The translations under genes and the position numbers were made by a program. The notes beneath the pieces were generated by a model, which searched no databases, was not told the DNA's origin, and was given only the letters and a program-made list of their open reading frames with translations. Below are positions 30,678-44,784 of a stretch of 64,000 nt of DNA, piece by piece. Within the stretch, counting starts at the first letter, position 1; every line of letters begins with the position of its first letter. The DNA lies in NCBI GenBank assembly GCA_963740315.1, contig CAVUDP010000002.1, forward strand, positions 1,088,001-1,152,000, read 5' to 3'. The stretch comes from an uncultured cyanobacterium. Lineage in GTDB: Bacteria > Cyanobacteriota > Cyanobacteriia > Cyanobacteriales > Nostocaceae.

Positions 30678-30867
30678 GAGTTAGTGGTTAGTGGTTAGTG
30701 GTTAGTGGTTAGTGGTTAGAAGTTAGGAGTTAGAAGTTAGGAGTTAGGAGTTAGGAGTTAGGAGTTAGGAGTTAGGAGTTAGGAGTTAGGAGTTAAGAAT
30801 TATTTCTCCTCGTCTCCCCCCATCTCCCCATCTCCCCATCTCCCCATCCCCTTGTCTCCCCCTCTCT
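30674..30867. repeat. STRR cluster (GTTAGTG)n, (GTTAGGA)n, (CCCCATCTC)n
   Basis: Tandem repeats between convergent genes. Confidence 0.93.
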
Positions 30868-30868
30868 C

Positions 30869-31867
30869 CTAACCGCGTTGCCGATCGTTCTTAACCTGTT
30901 CGAGCATAGAATTATCGCCTTGAGTTTCGGAAACGATGGAGCGTATACCTTCTAGGGTACCGGGAATTGTGCGTGGGTCCATAAACATGACTTTGGCACT
31001 TTCGCTTTGTCCGATCGCTGCTCCCATGTCTAAGTAACCCAAGGCTAATAACACTTCTAATGCTTGCTGGGCTTTGGGATTATCTTTCATTTTTTGAGCG
31101 ATAATTTCTGATGATTGAGCCACTGCATTGGCTTTAAGTACCTGCTGCTGGCGATCGGCTTCTGCTTTGAGGATGGTAGCTTTTTGCTGTGCTTCTGCCT
31201 GTAAAACTACGGCTTTTTGATTGGCTTCTGCTTCTAAAACTTGAGCTTCTGCTCTACCTCTAGAACTATTTACCGCTGCTTCTCTTTCGCCCTCGGATGT
31301 CAAAATTGCTGCCCGCTTGCGTCTTTCTGCGGTCATCTGCAATTCCATTGAGTCTTGTACTGCTTTGGAAGGAATAATATCGCGCAATTCTACACGGGTT
31401 ACTTTAACACCCCAAGGATCTGTAGCAATGTCCAAATCCCGCAATAAAATTTCATTAACTTCAGTACGAGCGGTAAAGGTTTGGTCGAGTTCTAATTGTC
31501 CCATTTCCGAGCGAATTTGAGTCAATACCAAATTCACCATCGCCGCTTGGAGATTTTCTACTTTGTAGTAAGCTTTCTCCATATCGACAATGCGCCAGTA
31601 AACTACAGCATCAACTTCAATGGCTACGTTGTCGCGGGTAATGCATTTTTGAGGAGGAATATCGATAACTTTCTCTCGATTGGTTTCGCGGTAAACTACG
31701 CGATCGAAGAAAGGAATCATAAAGTTGAGTCCGGGTTCTAACTTCGCGTTGTAGCTTCCCAATCTTTCTACTAAAGCTTCGTTTCCTTGGTTAATAATCT
31801 TCACGCTACCAGCTAAGGCAGAACCGCCCAAAGCTAAGGATATCAGTAAAAATATCTGTTCTATCAT
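30869..31867 (-). CDS. SPFH/band 7 (stomatin-like) protein
   Basis: VERLG.Y...[21 protein letters not shown] and AERRKRA coiled coil. Confidence 0.93.
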   Translation of the reverse strand: MIEQIFLLISLALGGSALAGSVKIINQGNEALVERLGSYNAKLEPGLNFMIPFFDRVVYRETNREKVIDIPPQKCITRDNVAIEVDAVVYWRIVDMEKAYYKVENLQAAMVNLVLTQIRSEMGQLELDQTFTARTEVNEILLRDLDIATDPWGVKVTRVELRDIIPSKAVQDSMELQMTAERRKRAAILTSEGEREAAVNSSRGRAEAQVLEAEANQKAVVLQAEAQQKATILKAEADRQQQVLKANAVAQSSEIIAQKMKDNPKAQQALEVLLALGYLDMGAAIGQSESAKVMFMDPRTIPGTLEGIRSIVSETQGDNSMLEQVKNDRQRG

Positions 31868-31905
31868 TTTCTTTTCTCCTAATATTATTATTTCAAACAC
31901 GAAAA

Positions 31906-32334
31906 TCAAGAATGTAAAATATTTTCGGGCATGACAATCAAAGTTGTACCTTCGCGCCTGACTACATAAACTCTTTGATAGGGCGCAATAAAAGCTTGTT
32001 CATCATCGCATCGCGCTCGCCAAGAATTGCCTTCATATAAAACTCGTCCTGGTTGCCCCGGTGTTATTTCAGTGATAGTCTCGGCTAAAATCGCATCCCG
32101 AATTTTCGATTTACGTCGTCGTGGCGAAATATATTTGCGGGTAAGCACTATTAATGATGCGGAAAGCAGCAACCAAGACAATACTTGCAGCCATAAATTT
32201 CCCACTGCTAAAGACAACAACGCTACTACAAAGGCGCTGATGCCCATCATAAAAGCGACAAAAGCAGTCGGGATAAATAATTCCGACAAACACAAACAGG
32301 CTCCCGCTATCAGCCATATTAAAGTTGTGGTCAT
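31906..32334 (-). CDS. NfeD family protein
   Basis: TM N-terminus and OB-fold '[12 protein letters not shown]...[12 protein letters not shown]'; paired with SPFH. Confidence 0.9.
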   Translation of the reverse strand: MTTTLIWLIAGACLCLSELFIPTAFVAFMMGISAFVVALLSLAVGNLWLQVLSWLLLSASLIVLTRKYISPRRRKSKIRDAILAETITEITPGQPGRVLYEGNSWRARCDDEQAFIAPYQRVYVVRREGTTLIVMPENILHS

Positions 32335-32656
32335 ATATCATCCTAAAACATACATTCAGGATAAATTGATTCGCAGTTACTAGTACATACAAAGCTTCAC
32401 TATGCAGTTGCAAGCTTTTCGATCGCTTCAAAAAGAAAGATTTATTTAATCCTATCCGTACTAAATTTAAATACACTTGCGTGCGAATAATTTTCGGAAA
32501 GTAAAGATTGTTCTTTTTGCGGTAAATTTTGATTACTTCTAAAAACAAACTTTGGTTAAAAGGATACTCACTCAGTCTAATCCAAGCCCAAATTCTTTGA
32601 CTGCAAAATGTAATTGAAATTTACGTATTGATACTAATCGATGGAATTTATACCTG

Positions 32657-34579
32657 ATGATTTCTACTCAAAGGATAGTTTATTGCCCGAATCTCCACTG
32701 TACCGACCCCGTAAATACAGTAGGGAATCGCCTTTGCGCTAATTGTTTTACACCTCTTGTCTACCGATATGTTTGGGCAGTAGATGCTAAAAAAAATAAT
32801 CTGGAACCGGGAGAAAAAATTGCTTCTCGTTACTCCGTCTTATCTCCTCAAATTTGGCTGGATACTCAGCCAATAAAAACACCAGATATACTCGAAAATT
32901 TACCTAATAATACTCTTCCCTATCTGCGTCTGCATCAATATCGATTACACGTACCTCATGTATACGGATTTACACGATTGCGTCAAGACAGTGAAGATAA
33001 TATCTTGTTGCTAGAAAATGCACCGATCGACGACAAAGGTAGTCTTTATCCGGCAATTACTGATGTATGGGATTCAACGGCAGTAAGACAAGTTTACTGG
33101 TTGTGGCAGATTCTCGAATTGTGGCAGCCTTTATCCGAATTAGGAGTTGCGGGTAGTTTACTCGTCACAGAAAACCTGCGCGTACAAGGATGGTGCGTGC
33201 GCTTGCTCGAACTTACAGAAAATGCGATCGCGCCAACTTTACAGCAGCTAGGAGAATGTTGGCGACCAATTGTAGCTGTTTCCCACACAAAAGTTAACAA
33301 TCCGTTAAAAAAAATTGTTAAACAAATGTGTAGCGGCGTGGTTGATTTTGACGCTATTTCGACACAACTCAATCAGCTATTACTATCAGTAGCAGCAGAA
33401 TTACCTTTAACTTTGAAAGTATCTGGAATTACAGATAAAGGAAACCGATTACCCAGAAACGAAGACAATTGTTTCCCCGCATCCGCAGATTCTAAAGACT
33501 CTTTATTACCCCAGGTATCTCTGGTTTGCGATGGTATAGGCGGACACGAAGGTGGTGAAGTTGCCTCCACTTTGGCTGTAGAGTCAATAAAATTACAAAT
33601 TCGTGCATTACTTGCTGAAGTTGCACTTTCTAACGAAGTTGTATCTCCAGATTTGTTGAAACAGCAAATTGAAGCAAGTTTGCGAGTTGTAAATAACTTA
33701 ATTTGCAACGCCAACGATCGCCAAAAACGCGAAAAAAGAGAACGCATGGCGACAACCTTAGTAATGGCGGTGCAGATACCGCAAAGCGTGCAAACTACTG
33801 CTAATTGGCGATCGTCCAATGCTTGCGAACTTTATCTAGCTAATGTCGGTGATAGTCGCGCTTACTGGATTACTCGCGAATATTGTCAGTTACTAACAGT
33901 TGATGACGATGTTGCAACGCGGGAAGTAATTCACACCCGTAGCTTATACCGTCAAGCATTACACCGTCCCGATGCGACTGCTCTGACTCAAGCCTTAGGT
34001 ACCAAAGCAGGCGAATTTCTCCACCCCCAAATTAGACGCTTTATTTTAGAAGAAGATGGAATATTGCTGTTATGTTCCGACGGTTTGAGCGACAACAATT
34101 TGGTAGAACATCATTGGCGCGATTACGCCTTACCTGTATTAACGGGGGAAGTGACAACCCAACAAGCCGTTGATTCTTGGATAAAGTTAGCCAATCAAAG
34201 AAACGGACACGACAACATTTCAGTAGTTATAACTCATTGCCGCGTCATCCCAGATTACTTAGCCGTAGTAAGTCCTAAAGCATCTGATATAGAAGTTTTA
34301 GAAGGAGAAACAGCTTATAAGGAAGATGAATTAGCACAAAGTTCCCAAGCACTTTTAGACTTGCAAGTTTCCGACGACGAACCCGTTACAACCACCGCTC
34401 CCGCAGCCGCCAAGAAATCAAAACGCAATCCAATATTATTACTATCCGGATTACTGCTGTTCGTTTTACTAGGTACGGCATTAGGATTGTTAGCATGGTG
34501 GCTGATTAATCCCAAATCATTTAACACAACCTGCAAGCAACTTCCCCAGGAAGTGCAGGAGGTTTGTCCTCCTTATTGA
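32657..34579 (+). CDS. PP2C-family Ser/Thr phosphatase with N-terminal Cys motif and C-terminal TM
   Basis: NEDN, VCDGIGGHEGGEVAS, NVGDSRAY, LCSDGLSD and GHDNISV. Confidence 0.92.
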   Translation: MISTQRIVYCPNLHCTDPVNTVGNRLCANCFTPLVYRYVWAVDAKKNNLEPGEKIASRYSVLSPQIWLDTQPIKTPDILENLPNNTLPYLRLHQYRLHVPHVYGFTRLRQDSEDNILLLENAPIDDKGSLYPAITDVWDSTAVRQVYWLWQILELWQPLSELGVAGSLLVTENLRVQGWCVRLLELTENAIAPTLQQLGECWRPIVAVSHTKVNNPLKKIVKQMCSGVVDFDAISTQLNQLLLSVAAELPLTLKVSGITDKGNRLPRNEDNCFPASADSKDSLLPQVSLVCDGIGGHEGGEVASTLAVESIKLQIRALLAEVALSNEVVSPDLLKQQIEASLRVVNNLICNANDRQKREKRERMATTLVMAVQIPQSVQTTANWRSSNACELYLANVGDSRAYWITREYCQLLTVDDDVATREVIHTRSLYRQALHRPDATALTQALGTKAGEFLHPQIRRFILEEDGILLLCSDGLSDNNLVEHHWRDYALPVLTGEVTTQQAVDSWIKLANQRNGHDNISVVITHCRVIPDYLAVVSPKASDIEVLEGETAYKEDELAQSSQALLDLQVSDDEPVTTTAPAAAKKSKRNPILLLSGLLLFVLLGTALGLLAWWLINPKSFNTTCKQLPQEVQEVCPPY

Positions 34580-35225
34580 GGAGACAAGGGGATGGGGGGA
34601 TGGGGGGATGGGGGGATGGGGGAACAAGGAAATGGGGGGATTAATGATTTTGAAAATAGTAGTGCATGGTAGTGCGAGCATCTTGCTCGCTTGAGATAGA
34701 TAGCGAGCATCTTGCTCGCACTACTCATAATTTGATTAATTACTCCCGTCTCGCTCAACAAGATTACCGATAAAATTTCTTCCCCCTCTCCCCCTCTTCC
34801 CCCTCTCCCCCTCTTCCCCCTCACTCAATTAGCCGGAAAGGGAGTATTAAAAATTGCTATAACTCCGGTGGTCCTAACTCCGGTGATCCTAACTCCCAAC
34901 TCCCAACTCTTTAACCTTTAACCTTTAATATGCAGACCTTTAACCTTAATACTAGTTGACCAAAGTAAACATAAAGAGTGAATATATAAAGATTAGACCT
35001 CTTGCCTTGATGTCAGGTGGCTTTTAGTGCTTCTTAATTTCCGTTGATGTTTTTGCTTGTAGGAAGTATCAACGGTGAAGCCTAAGAAAGCTCGCTGTTT
35101 TGTATGACAGTCTCGCTGACACAGTTGTATGTATGGCTTCTGTATCATATTTAAAAGCTAAAACAAAATTTAAAGTGGCAGGCAGTCTATATCTTGATAA
35201 AAAACGAATTAACTGAGGGATAGCC

Positions 35226-35492
35226 GTGACGACAGTTGTGGAAAACCAAAAGCTGGATGTAAATAGTGATATGAAAGTTGGCGATCGCGTTCGTGTAACT
35301 GAATCTGTAGTAATGTATCATCATCCCGAACATCGAGGTGAAGCTTTCGATCTCAAAGGCTTAGAAGGGGAAGTGATCAATATTGCTACCGAGTGGCAAG
35401 GAAGACCTGTTAGTGCAAATTTCCCTATTCAAGTGAAGTTTACTAAAAAGTTTAAAGCTCACTTACGTACTACGGAGTTAGAAAAAATTTAA
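35226..35492 (+). CDS. ftrV: Ferredoxin-thioredoxin reductase variable chain
   Basis: MKVGDRVRV..SV.MYHHPEHR, WQGRPVSANFP and FKAHL; GAGG RBS. Confidence 0.92.
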   Translation: MTTVVENQKLDVNSDMKVGDRVRVTESVVMYHHPEHRGEAFDLKGLEGEVINIATEWQGRPVSANFPIQVKFTKKFKAHLRTTELEKI

Positions 35493-35495
35493 ACT

Positions 35496-35720
35496 TTAGC
35501 TTCTGCGGCGAAACCACTGAAATATATTCAGTTCGCCGCGCATTTTTTTTAGTTCTTCACGATTGCTTTGAGCGATCGCATAATACCACTCACAATAATC
35601 TCTAAACTCCGAGCGCACTTCAATTTCTCGGTAAAATTGGTGAGTAGTTTCATTAACAGCAATAGTTTCTTCTACTTGAGATTCTGGCAACGGAACTATT
35701 CTTCGTAATTCTTGAGACAT
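35496..35720 (-). CDS. Small conserved cyanobacterial hypothetical protein
   Basis: Clean 74-aa ORF, 'FYRE..R.EF..YCEWY' pattern. Confidence 0.65.
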   Translation of the reverse strand: MSQELRRIVPLPESQVEETIAVNETTHQFYREIEVRSEFRDYCEWYYAIAQSNREELKKMRGELNIFQWFRRRS

Positions 35721-35823
35721 TGTTATTAGTTGTTAGTTATTAGTTGTTAGTTGTTAGTCGTTAGCTGATATACTGACAAGCCTTGCGCTGCTCGACGTTC
35801 TTAACTGCTAACTGGTAACTGAC

Positions 35824-36615
35824 TCAAACCCACCCACGCAAACGGTATACAACCATACCTATATACTCTTTGAGAGCGCTGGTAAAGTTCTCTAAATTCT
35901 TGCTGTCTGGCAACAAATTTAAAATTGCACCTTTGGGGGTACTAGCTAGTTCTTGAATTTCACCCTTTGTAACTAGAAAATCAGTGGGTGCGGCAATAGC
36001 TTCAATTTTTTGATGTTTGAAAATCGCCAGCGATCGCGGCATATGCATTGCTGAAGTTACTAGTAGTATACGGTCAATATTACGTTCTAAAAGAATTTTT
36101 TTGACATTTACGGCGTTTTGATAGGTATTTAGCGAATCGGGGTCTTGTAAAATATCTTTCGATGGTACTCCCATAAAACTAAGTAATTTTGCGATATCTT
36201 CTGACTCTGGCGTACCACCACCGTGCCAATCAATACGACCACCACTAACAACGATGAGAGGAGCTTTTTCTTCGCGGTAAAGTTGAACTGCGTAAAGAAC
36301 TCTATCTCCTGCTTCGCTTAAGTCTACAGTTTTTCGCGGTTCGTAAGCTGATCTAGTAGCACCACCCAACACTACTATTGCTTCTGCTGTTGGTAATTCT
36401 GCCAACGGAATATTTTGCCATTCTAAGGAACGCACCATAAAGCGAGAAACCCAAGCATTAGAGCTAAATAACAATACAAACAACGCTAGTGCAATGCAAA
36501 ATGCTGCTACACGCGGTCGTTTCCAAAGCAAGAACAGCGCTAAAAAGCTACAAATACAAGCGAACCCTAGAGGATAGAAAAAAAGGGGTAGCAGTTTAGA
36601 AAGATATAAAAACAT
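35824..36615 (-). CDS. YdcF/ElyC (DUF218) family protein
   Basis: IVVLGG, VSGG, SLNTYQNA, LVTSAMHMPRS and KEYIG. Confidence 0.9.
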   Translation of the reverse strand: MFLYLSKLLPLFFYPLGFACICSFLALFLLWKRPRVAAFCIALALFVLLFSSNAWVSRFMVRSLEWQNIPLAELPTAEAIVVLGGATRSAYEPRKTVDLSEAGDRVLYAVQLYREEKAPLIVVSGGRIDWHGGGTPESEDIAKLLSFMGVPSKDILQDPDSLNTYQNAVNVKKILLERNIDRILLVTSAMHMPRSLAIFKHQKIEAIAAPTDFLVTKGEIQELASTPKGAILNLLPDSKNLENFTSALKEYIGMVVYRLRGWV

Positions 36616-36904
36616 GAGTTATATATTTTGTTAATTATTAATTATTAGTTATGGGTTAGGAGTTATGAGTTAAAACTACCGTCCGTATTAGTTATGAGCT
36701 ATAAGTTATTGCAGTTTAAACTCAAGAAAACCTTAAGAAACTGGGTTTTATAAAACAAAAATTAAATATTTATAATTTAATGATGAGAAATAAACCCAGG
36801 TTTCAATCGCTTTCTTAAGATACAAACTGTGAAGTAATAACTCTTAACTTTTAATTTCTAACTTCTAACTTCCGTCCTCATAACTCCCTCTGGTTAAATT
36901 TGGG

Positions 36905-37414
36905 CTACTTTTCCCAAAACTTAATGTTGATTCCAGAACGGCGACGGTAACGACGGGTAGTTTTTCTAGTTCGCTGCAAGTTTCTCTGTGCCGAGGAAAC
37001 TCCCTCATCTTCAATTTGTATATCTCGCTGACTCTGATTTATTTTGGTAACGGTTGGTTCCTTGCTTCCCCACCAAGCAAAAACAAAGCCCCCGCTCAAA
37101 CCAGCTAATCCACTTAGCAAAATGCTCACGGGCGGTTGATAGCCTAAAAGTAAAAAGCTAAGCAAGAAAAATAACCAGTATTTGAGTCCAGCATCTACAC
37201 CATCAGAAGATGCTACAGTTTCGGGATGGGGACCGTCTCTAGTTGTTGTTGTAAACAAGCCTAATCCTAACCCTCCTAATATTCCGAGGAAGACGCTTAG
37301 TTCCAGTTTTCTAGAAGACAGGAAAAATACAAACGCTAAAAATATTCCGAATATCAGTTGAGAAAGAAAGCTTTGAGATATAGGTAACAAATTACCAGAA
37401 CTTTTTTTTGCCAT
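36905..37414 (-). CDS. Hypothetical membrane protein with basic C-terminus
   Basis: About four hydrophobic segments and an Arg-rich tail. Confidence 0.65.
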   Translation of the reverse strand: MAKKSSGNLLPISQSFLSQLIFGIFLAFVFFLSSRKLELSVFLGILGGLGLGLFTTTTRDGPHPETVASSDGVDAGLKYWLFFLLSFLLLGYQPPVSILLSGLAGLSGGFVFAWWGSKEPTVTKINQSQRDIQIEDEGVSSAQRNLQRTRKTTRRYRRRSGINIKFWEK

Positions 37415-37719
37415 AATTCGGCTATTGGCTAATTAGTTGTTTTAATTGTGCCTCTTGGGGCTGAGTTGTATCCAAAATTTTGAGATCCGATTTTTCTTTC
37501 TCGGTAAATGGTTCGGCTGCTTTCATTTGTGATAGTAACAAATCGGCGGTTGAATCTGCTACGTCAGCCGCGCCCTTGACAGTTGTTCGTGCAACACTCT
37601 TTGTGATGCGATACAAACAAACGTACTTTTTTAATGACTGTTTGTAGTATTTTGCATCCAAAATTACACAAAAAAACCAGGAGTTCGCCCCCTGGTATTG
37701 TAATCTAATCAAGCATCGT

Positions 37720-38358
37720 TCAAGTAGTTTCAGGCTTAGCTTCCGCTACGGTTTCTTCTTCGGTTCCACCTTCACCTTCATCTTCTTCTGTTGTTGCAGT
37801 AACTTGAGGTGGTAAAACACTAACAACTAGTTCGGACGATTCTGCTGTTAAACTTACGCCTTCGGGTAACTTAATTTCATTAACGTGCAAGTTCTCGCCT
37901 ACTTTTAAATCGGTAACGTCAATATCAATTGAATCGGGAATGTTTTCCGGCAAACAGTTTAGCTGCATTTCAGTAATTACGGTATCTAATATACCGCCTT
38001 CTTGTTTTACACCAAATGCTTCGCCGATAAAGTTCAAAGGTACTTCTACTGTCATTTTACCATGACCTGCGACAGCAAAAAAGCTGAGATGGTAAGGTTT
38101 ACCTGATGCGGGATGAGCTTGAACTTCTCGCAGTAAGGTTTGACCTTTCCAAGAATCATCGTCAATTTTTAAGTCAATTAAGGTGTTATTAACCGAAGCT
38201 TTTTTGAGCAAGCGTTCGACAGTTTTAGCATTAATTACTAAAGAAATTGATTCCGTACCTTTATGCCCGTATAAATTGGCAGGAATTTCTCCAGAACGAC
38301 GCAAAGCCTTAGTTTTGCTTCCTTCTGGTCGTTTTTGACATTCGACCGTCATTTCCAT
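37720..38358 (-). CDS. rplY: 50S ribosomal protein L25/Ctc
   Basis: [27 protein letters not shown] and IPDSIDIDV. Confidence 0.95.
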   Translation of the reverse strand: MEMTVECQKRPEGSKTKALRRSGEIPANLYGHKGTESISLVINAKTVERLLKKASVNNTLIDLKIDDDSWKGQTLLREVQAHPASGKPYHLSFFAVAGHGKMTVEVPLNFIGEAFGVKQEGGILDTVITEMQLNCLPENIPDSIDIDVTDLKVGENLHVNEIKLPEGVSLTAESSELVVSVLPPQVTATTEEDEGEGGTEEETVAEAKPETT

Positions 38359-38452
38359 TGTTTTGTTCTTATTAATTAAGGATCGGTTTACAGTTATTAG
38401 AGATTGGTTATACCGCGTCTCTAAAATATACAGACAAATATCACATTGTACC

Positions 38453-39802
<1,350 letters not shown>

Positions 39803-40548
39803 TTATTAAGAATACAGTTTCCACAAATGATTATTATCCACACGTTAAGTTACTAATGTCAAGACTAACAAGCCACATTATTCAAGAAAATGTCACTCTC
39901 GTTATAAATTCGTGACATACGTAATCTTTTGCTCGATCGGAATTGATTCATTTACTACAATTTACAATTTGAGTTCTGGTAAAATAATTAACAATTTAAC
40001 CCTAGAACTATTCAGTAGCATTCTTAACTTACATTTACGAATAAAGTCAAAGTAATGGTTCAACAAGAAATGTATAAAATATGTATAGATAAAACGTATG
40101 TTTATAGTTATTTATCCATCATAATCAACTTAATTATCATTGTTAATTGCAAGAGATATTAATACAAAAAAGAATTTTACTAAATGTTATATTAAGAGCT
40201 TTACAATAATCGCCAAAAATATTAAATTATTTATTTGAACTTTTATTTGTTCTTTTTCGCTTTGAGGATGCGAGTAAATACTTTCGGCTTCTCTATATTT
40301 TGTTACTAGTGTTTATTGATTAAGTATTCGTCAATTTAGATGAATCGGCAGTTTTACGATCGTTATTATTTTTTGATGAAACTTTTATGCCACGAATACT
40401 TCTTGATTTAAGAGTGCGATCGTAAAACCGCTATTCCTAAATTGAAAATGACGGTAAATAGATTTGCATCAATATAAATCCGAAAATTTTGCACGATCGA
40501 TTCTTTAAATTACTTGATATTTGATTTTAAAAAACCTTTCCTCCACAC

Positions 40549-43056
40549 ATGATGAAATCATCTAGCATTAAAAAATTAAGAATAGTATTTATACTCTTCA
40601 TTTGTGTAGTTTTTGCGAATGGGGTGATTTCATATCGCAACACTATCAGCCTAAAAATCAATCAACAAACTGTAGATCGTTCACATCAAGTAATTACTCA
40701 GCTTCAAAGAACGCTTTCAACTTTCAAAGATGCTCAAATATCTGGTTATAAGTACATAATCTCAACTAATACAGATTATTTAAAATCCTATGTTGCCGCA
40801 CGCGAACAAATTGAAGTCAATCTTCAATCATTGAAATATTTAGTTGATAATAACGATCGAGAGCGGCAGAGAATCTTATTACTCGAAAAAAAAATTACTA
40901 GTAGACTTAATCTATTTGGAGAAGAATTATATCTCAACCAAAATAACAAATTTAATGTATCTGAAGATATAGCCCTAACAAATGATATAAAAAGCTTAGT
41001 TGATTCAATTGAGAATGCGGAACAAAATTTATTATTAAATAGAATTAATCGCTCGCAATTCAGCTTCCAAAAAGTAAATAAGGCCTTTTTTATTGCTGTC
41101 TGTGTCAATTTAGGATTGGTTGCTCAACTTTATTATCTGCTTAAAGGTTACATAGTTAAACTTCAAAAAACACAAGTAGCTTTGCGACAAAGTGAAAACC
41201 GCTTGCAAGCAATAATAGAAAATCAACCCGAATCGATTAAGCTAATTGACAAAGATGGTACTCTTTTAGAAATAAATGCCTCTGGGTTAGCAATGATGGA
41301 GGCTTCCGCCGATCGCATAATTGGTAAATCGATATATTCTACAGTTACGCCGTCAGGTAAAAAAGCCTATAAATTAATGCATGAAAGCGTTTGCCGGGGT
41401 AACAAAGAAACTTTAAAATTCGAGATGATTGGATTCAAAGGTACTCGTCGCTGGATGGAAACCCATGCCGTACCCTTACCAAATGATAACGGTGGTTTTT
41501 TACATTTAGCCATAACTCGCGACATCACCCAGCATAAAACTTCAGAACAAAAACTCCAACTTCAAGCTGCACTATTAAATGTAGTCACAAACGCAATTTT
41601 AGTCAAAGATGTTCATAATCGAATTTCATATTGGAATAAAGGTGCCGAAAATATCTACGGTTGGCAAGCATCCGAAGTAGTTGGAAAAAAATCATCGCGA
41701 TTGCTATATCAAGAATATTCGTCACAACAAGACGATGCATTATTAAGCGTTATCGATTCTGGTATTTGGCAAGGTGAGTTACATCAAGTAACCAAAAAAG
41801 GTAAAAATATTATTGTTAAAAGTCGGTGGACGCTATTGCGAGACGATAAGGGAAAACCAAAGTCAATTTTAGTAGAAAATACAGAAATTACCAAAAAGAA
41901 ACAACTCGAAACTCAACTGTTAAGAACCCAACGTTTAGAAAGTATCGGTACCTTAGCAGGCGGTATCGCTCACGATTTAAATAATGTATTAGCACCGATT
42001 TTAATGTCAGTTCAATTATTAGAGAGAAAATTACAAGATTCGCAACAGTTGCGATTACTCAAAACTTTAGAAAATAATACTCAACGCGGTGCTAGTTTAA
42101 TCAAACAGTTGTTATCCTTTGCTAGAGGTATTGAAGGTAAACGCAGTCTTATTCAAGTCAAATATTTAATTGCAGAAATTGAGCAAATTGTCAGAGAAAC
42201 TTTTCCTAAATCAATTCAATTAGATGTAAATATAGCGCCAGATTTAGGTCATGTTTGCGGCGATACTACTCAACTGCATCAGATACTGATGAACTTGGTA
42301 GTAAATGCCCGCGATGCGATGCCTCAAGGAGGTGAACTCAAAATTACTGCCGAAAATCTGATAGTTGATGAATATTATGCTCAAATGAATATCTATGCCA
42401 AAGTCGGTGATTATATTGCGATCGCCGTAACCGATACAGGAATAGGTATGCATCCAGAAATTCAATCACAAATTTTTGAACCATTTTTTACTACAAAAGA
42501 AGTAGGTAAAGGTACGGGTTTAGGTCTTTCTACCGCTTTAGGTATTGTTAAAAACCACGGCGGTTTTGTGAATGTTTATAGTCAGCTAAATAAAGGTACT
42601 ATTATTAAAATTTATTTACCCGCTCAGCCCAGTCAAGAAAAAAATATTTCCTGTTGCGATCGCTCCGAAAATCTTAATGGTAGTGGCGAATTAATTTTAG
42701 TAGTTGATGATGAACCAGCTATCCGCCAAATTACTAAATCATCTTTAGAAGCATATAATTACCGCGTACTAACAGCATCTAATGGAATCGAAGCTGTGGA
42801 AATCTACGCCGAATATAAAAGTGAAATCAATATAGTTTTGCTGGACACGATCATGCCTGAAATGGATGGTGAAACTACGATCCAGTTGTTACAAAAAATC
42901 AACGCTGATGTAAGAATTATTGCTATTAGTGGCTTGGAATTAGATCGCGAGACTACTGGGTTATTAAGTCAAGGCGTGAAAGCATTTATATCAAAACCCT
43001 GTACTGGCAAGGAATTATTGCAGGCGATCGGTAAAGTTTCCCAAGAATTTAAATAG
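40549..43056 (+). CDS. Hybrid histidine kinase (CHASE3-PAS-PAS-HisKA-HATPase-REC)
   Basis: TM-flanked CHASE3-like region, [28 protein letters not shown] and LVVDDE receiver. Confidence 0.92.
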   Translation: MMKSSSIKKLRIVFILFICVVFANGVISYRNTISLKINQQTVDRSHQVITQLQRTLSTFKDAQISGYKYIISTNTDYLKSYVAAREQIEVNLQSLKYLVDNNDRERQRILLLEKKITSRLNLFGEELYLNQNNKFNVSEDIALTNDIKSLVDSIENAEQNLLLNRINRSQFSFQKVNKAFFIAVCVNLGLVAQLYYLLKGYIVKLQKTQVALRQSENRLQAIIENQPESIKLIDKDGTLLEINASGLAMMEASADRIIGKSIYSTVTPSGKKAYKLMHESVCRGNKETLKFEMIGFKGTRRWMETHAVPLPNDNGGFLHLAITRDITQHKTSEQKLQLQAALLNVVTNAILVKDVHNRISYWNKGAENIYGWQASEVVGKKSSRLLYQEYSSQQDDALLSVIDSGIWQGELHQVTKKGKNIIVKSRWTLLRDDKGKPKSILVENTEITKKKQLETQLLRTQRLESIGTLAGGIAHDLNNVLAPILMSVQLLERKLQDSQQLRLLKTLENNTQRGASLIKQLLSFARGIEGKRSLIQVKYLIAEIEQIVRETFPKSIQLDVNIAPDLGHVCGDTTQLHQILMNLVVNARDAMPQGGELKITAENLIVDEYYAQMNIYAKVGDYIAIAVTDTGIGMHPEIQSQIFEPFFTTKEVGKGTGLGLSTALGIVKNHGGFVNVYSQLNKGTIIKIYLPAQPSQEKNISCCDRSENLNGSGELILVVDDEPAIRQITKSSLEAYNYRVLTASNGIEAVEIYAEYKSEINIVLLDTIMPEMDGETTIQLLQKINADVRIIAISGLELDRETTGLLSQGVKAFISKPCTGKELLQAIGKVSQEFK

Positions 43057-43143
43057 AATTTACCAAAAAATTTATTGTGTATATATTTTTTTACTGTTTG
43101 TTTTTGTTACCATTAATAAAATTTTTAGAATAAAATCTCAATT

Positions 43144-44190
43144 ATGGCTTTATACGCTGAATTGCATAGACATCTGGGCGGTTCGGTTGTACCCCGGATT
43201 TTATGGGGATATTTCGAGCGTCATTCCTCAGAATTCGTTGCACGCTTTTCTGATTATCAAGAATTTGAAGAGTTTTACACCAAACCCCGCAATACTTTAG
43301 AAGAATATCTCGAATTGCATACTTTAGTAGAAAGCGTGCAAACTGTAGAAACTTTGCCCTACTTTATTTATCGGTTGGTACGCGGTGCATATATTTTCGA
43401 GAATTTAGCCTACTTAGAACTGCGCTATACTCCCTACCTGCGAACCCCAGAACATTTAAGTCAATCAGAAAGAATTGACAAGATGGCGGAGATTGTTGAT
43501 GTTGTGGGTAAAGCAAGCATTGTACCAGAATATCCGATTGTTACGAGTCAGATATTGTGCATGCACTCGCGACTCCCTTATGAGGTGAACAAAGCGATCG
43601 TAGATTTAGCCGCTCAAAATAGACAGTATGTATGTGCTGTAGATGTAGCGGGGGGAGATAGCGCTTATGGCGAACGGATGGATGAATGGAAAAAGCTTTA
43701 CGAATACGCTTTATCCGTTGGTTTAAATACTACCGGACACCTTTATGAAACCAAAGATGGCTGTCATCCAGAATTAATACCTTATTTAATGCGAATTGGT
43801 CACGGTATTCAAATTCCGCTGTTATATCCAGATTTACTTTCAGATGTAGCAAGTCGCGGACAATGTTTGGAAGTGTGTCCGACAACTTACATTAAAACGG
43901 GTACCTTGCAAGATATGCGCCAGTTAAAATTGGTGTTTGAGCGTTGTTTTGATGCTGGGGTAGATATCGCGATTTGTACCGATAACGCCGGGTTACATAA
44001 CGTGCGTTTACCATTCGAGTACGAAAATCTTTTGACTTATGACATTATCGGCTTTGAAATGCTCCAAGCTTGTCAGGATGCCGCTTTCCGTCATGCTTTT
44101 GCTTGGCCTTACGGAGGCGAACGTCCGGCGCAGTTGTTAAATGGGTTACTCCACCCTCAACCCCAAAAAGCAGTAATTGCTAATAGATAG
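43144..44190 (+). CDS. add: Adenosine deaminase family protein
   Basis: AELHRHLGG, RIGHG, LEVCPT and ICTDN. Confidence 0.85.
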   Translation: MALYAELHRHLGGSVVPRILWGYFERHSSEFVARFSDYQEFEEFYTKPRNTLEEYLELHTLVESVQTVETLPYFIYRLVRGAYIFENLAYLELRYTPYLRTPEHLSQSERIDKMAEIVDVVGKASIVPEYPIVTSQILCMHSRLPYEVNKAIVDLAAQNRQYVCAVDVAGGDSAYGERMDEWKKLYEYALSVGLNTTGHLYETKDGCHPELIPYLMRIGHGIQIPLLYPDLLSDVASRGQCLEVCPTTYIKTGTLQDMRQLKLVFERCFDAGVDIAICTDNAGLHNVRLPFEYENLLTYDIIGFEMLQACQDAAFRHAFAWPYGGERPAQLLNGLLHPQPQKAVIANR

Positions 44191-44390
44191 TTAGAAGTGA
44201 CTAGTTAAAAAGTATTTTTTGTTGCAGCAAAGTGAATTTTTATTGTTTGGTTAAAAGTTAATTATCGAAGAAATATTTTAAGGAAACAAGCGCAAACGAA
44301 TCCATAGTTGGCGTGCAGTAATTTGTGGCTGACTATTCATTCCTAAGCTCTCAACAGTAGTTTTTCCAATCGTAGTTAAGATAAATGGTT

Positions 44391-44461
44391 TGTTGGGTTT
44401 CACTTCGTTCAACCCAACAAACGGTTGATAATGTTGGGTTTCGTTCCTCAACCCAACCTAC
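44391..44461. repeat. GTAG-type REP-like hairpins (TGTTGGGTT...AACCCAAC); relative at 48218-48290
   Basis: Read directly. Confidence 0.7.
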
Positions 44462-44784
44462 AGTTCTTAAGTCAGAAACAAGCGGGGAAGCAGATAAATC
44501 TCTTCAAAAATAAATATTGAAAATAAAATACATTAACCATCTGTATAATTACTAAAGATAATAGTATTATTTTCTTTGATTATTTACTTGATCCGCGCTA
44601 TATTCTCATGGAATTAATAGATTAATACTTAATTATTGGTAAATTTTAAAACGGCATGAATATTTTTATTTAAGTATAAAATAAATCATTACAAAATCTT
44701 AAAAAGGATGAATTTGTATTAACAACTAAGATAAAACATGGTTGTGCGGTAGAGTAATTTGTATCTTCGCCAACATTGTACGCT

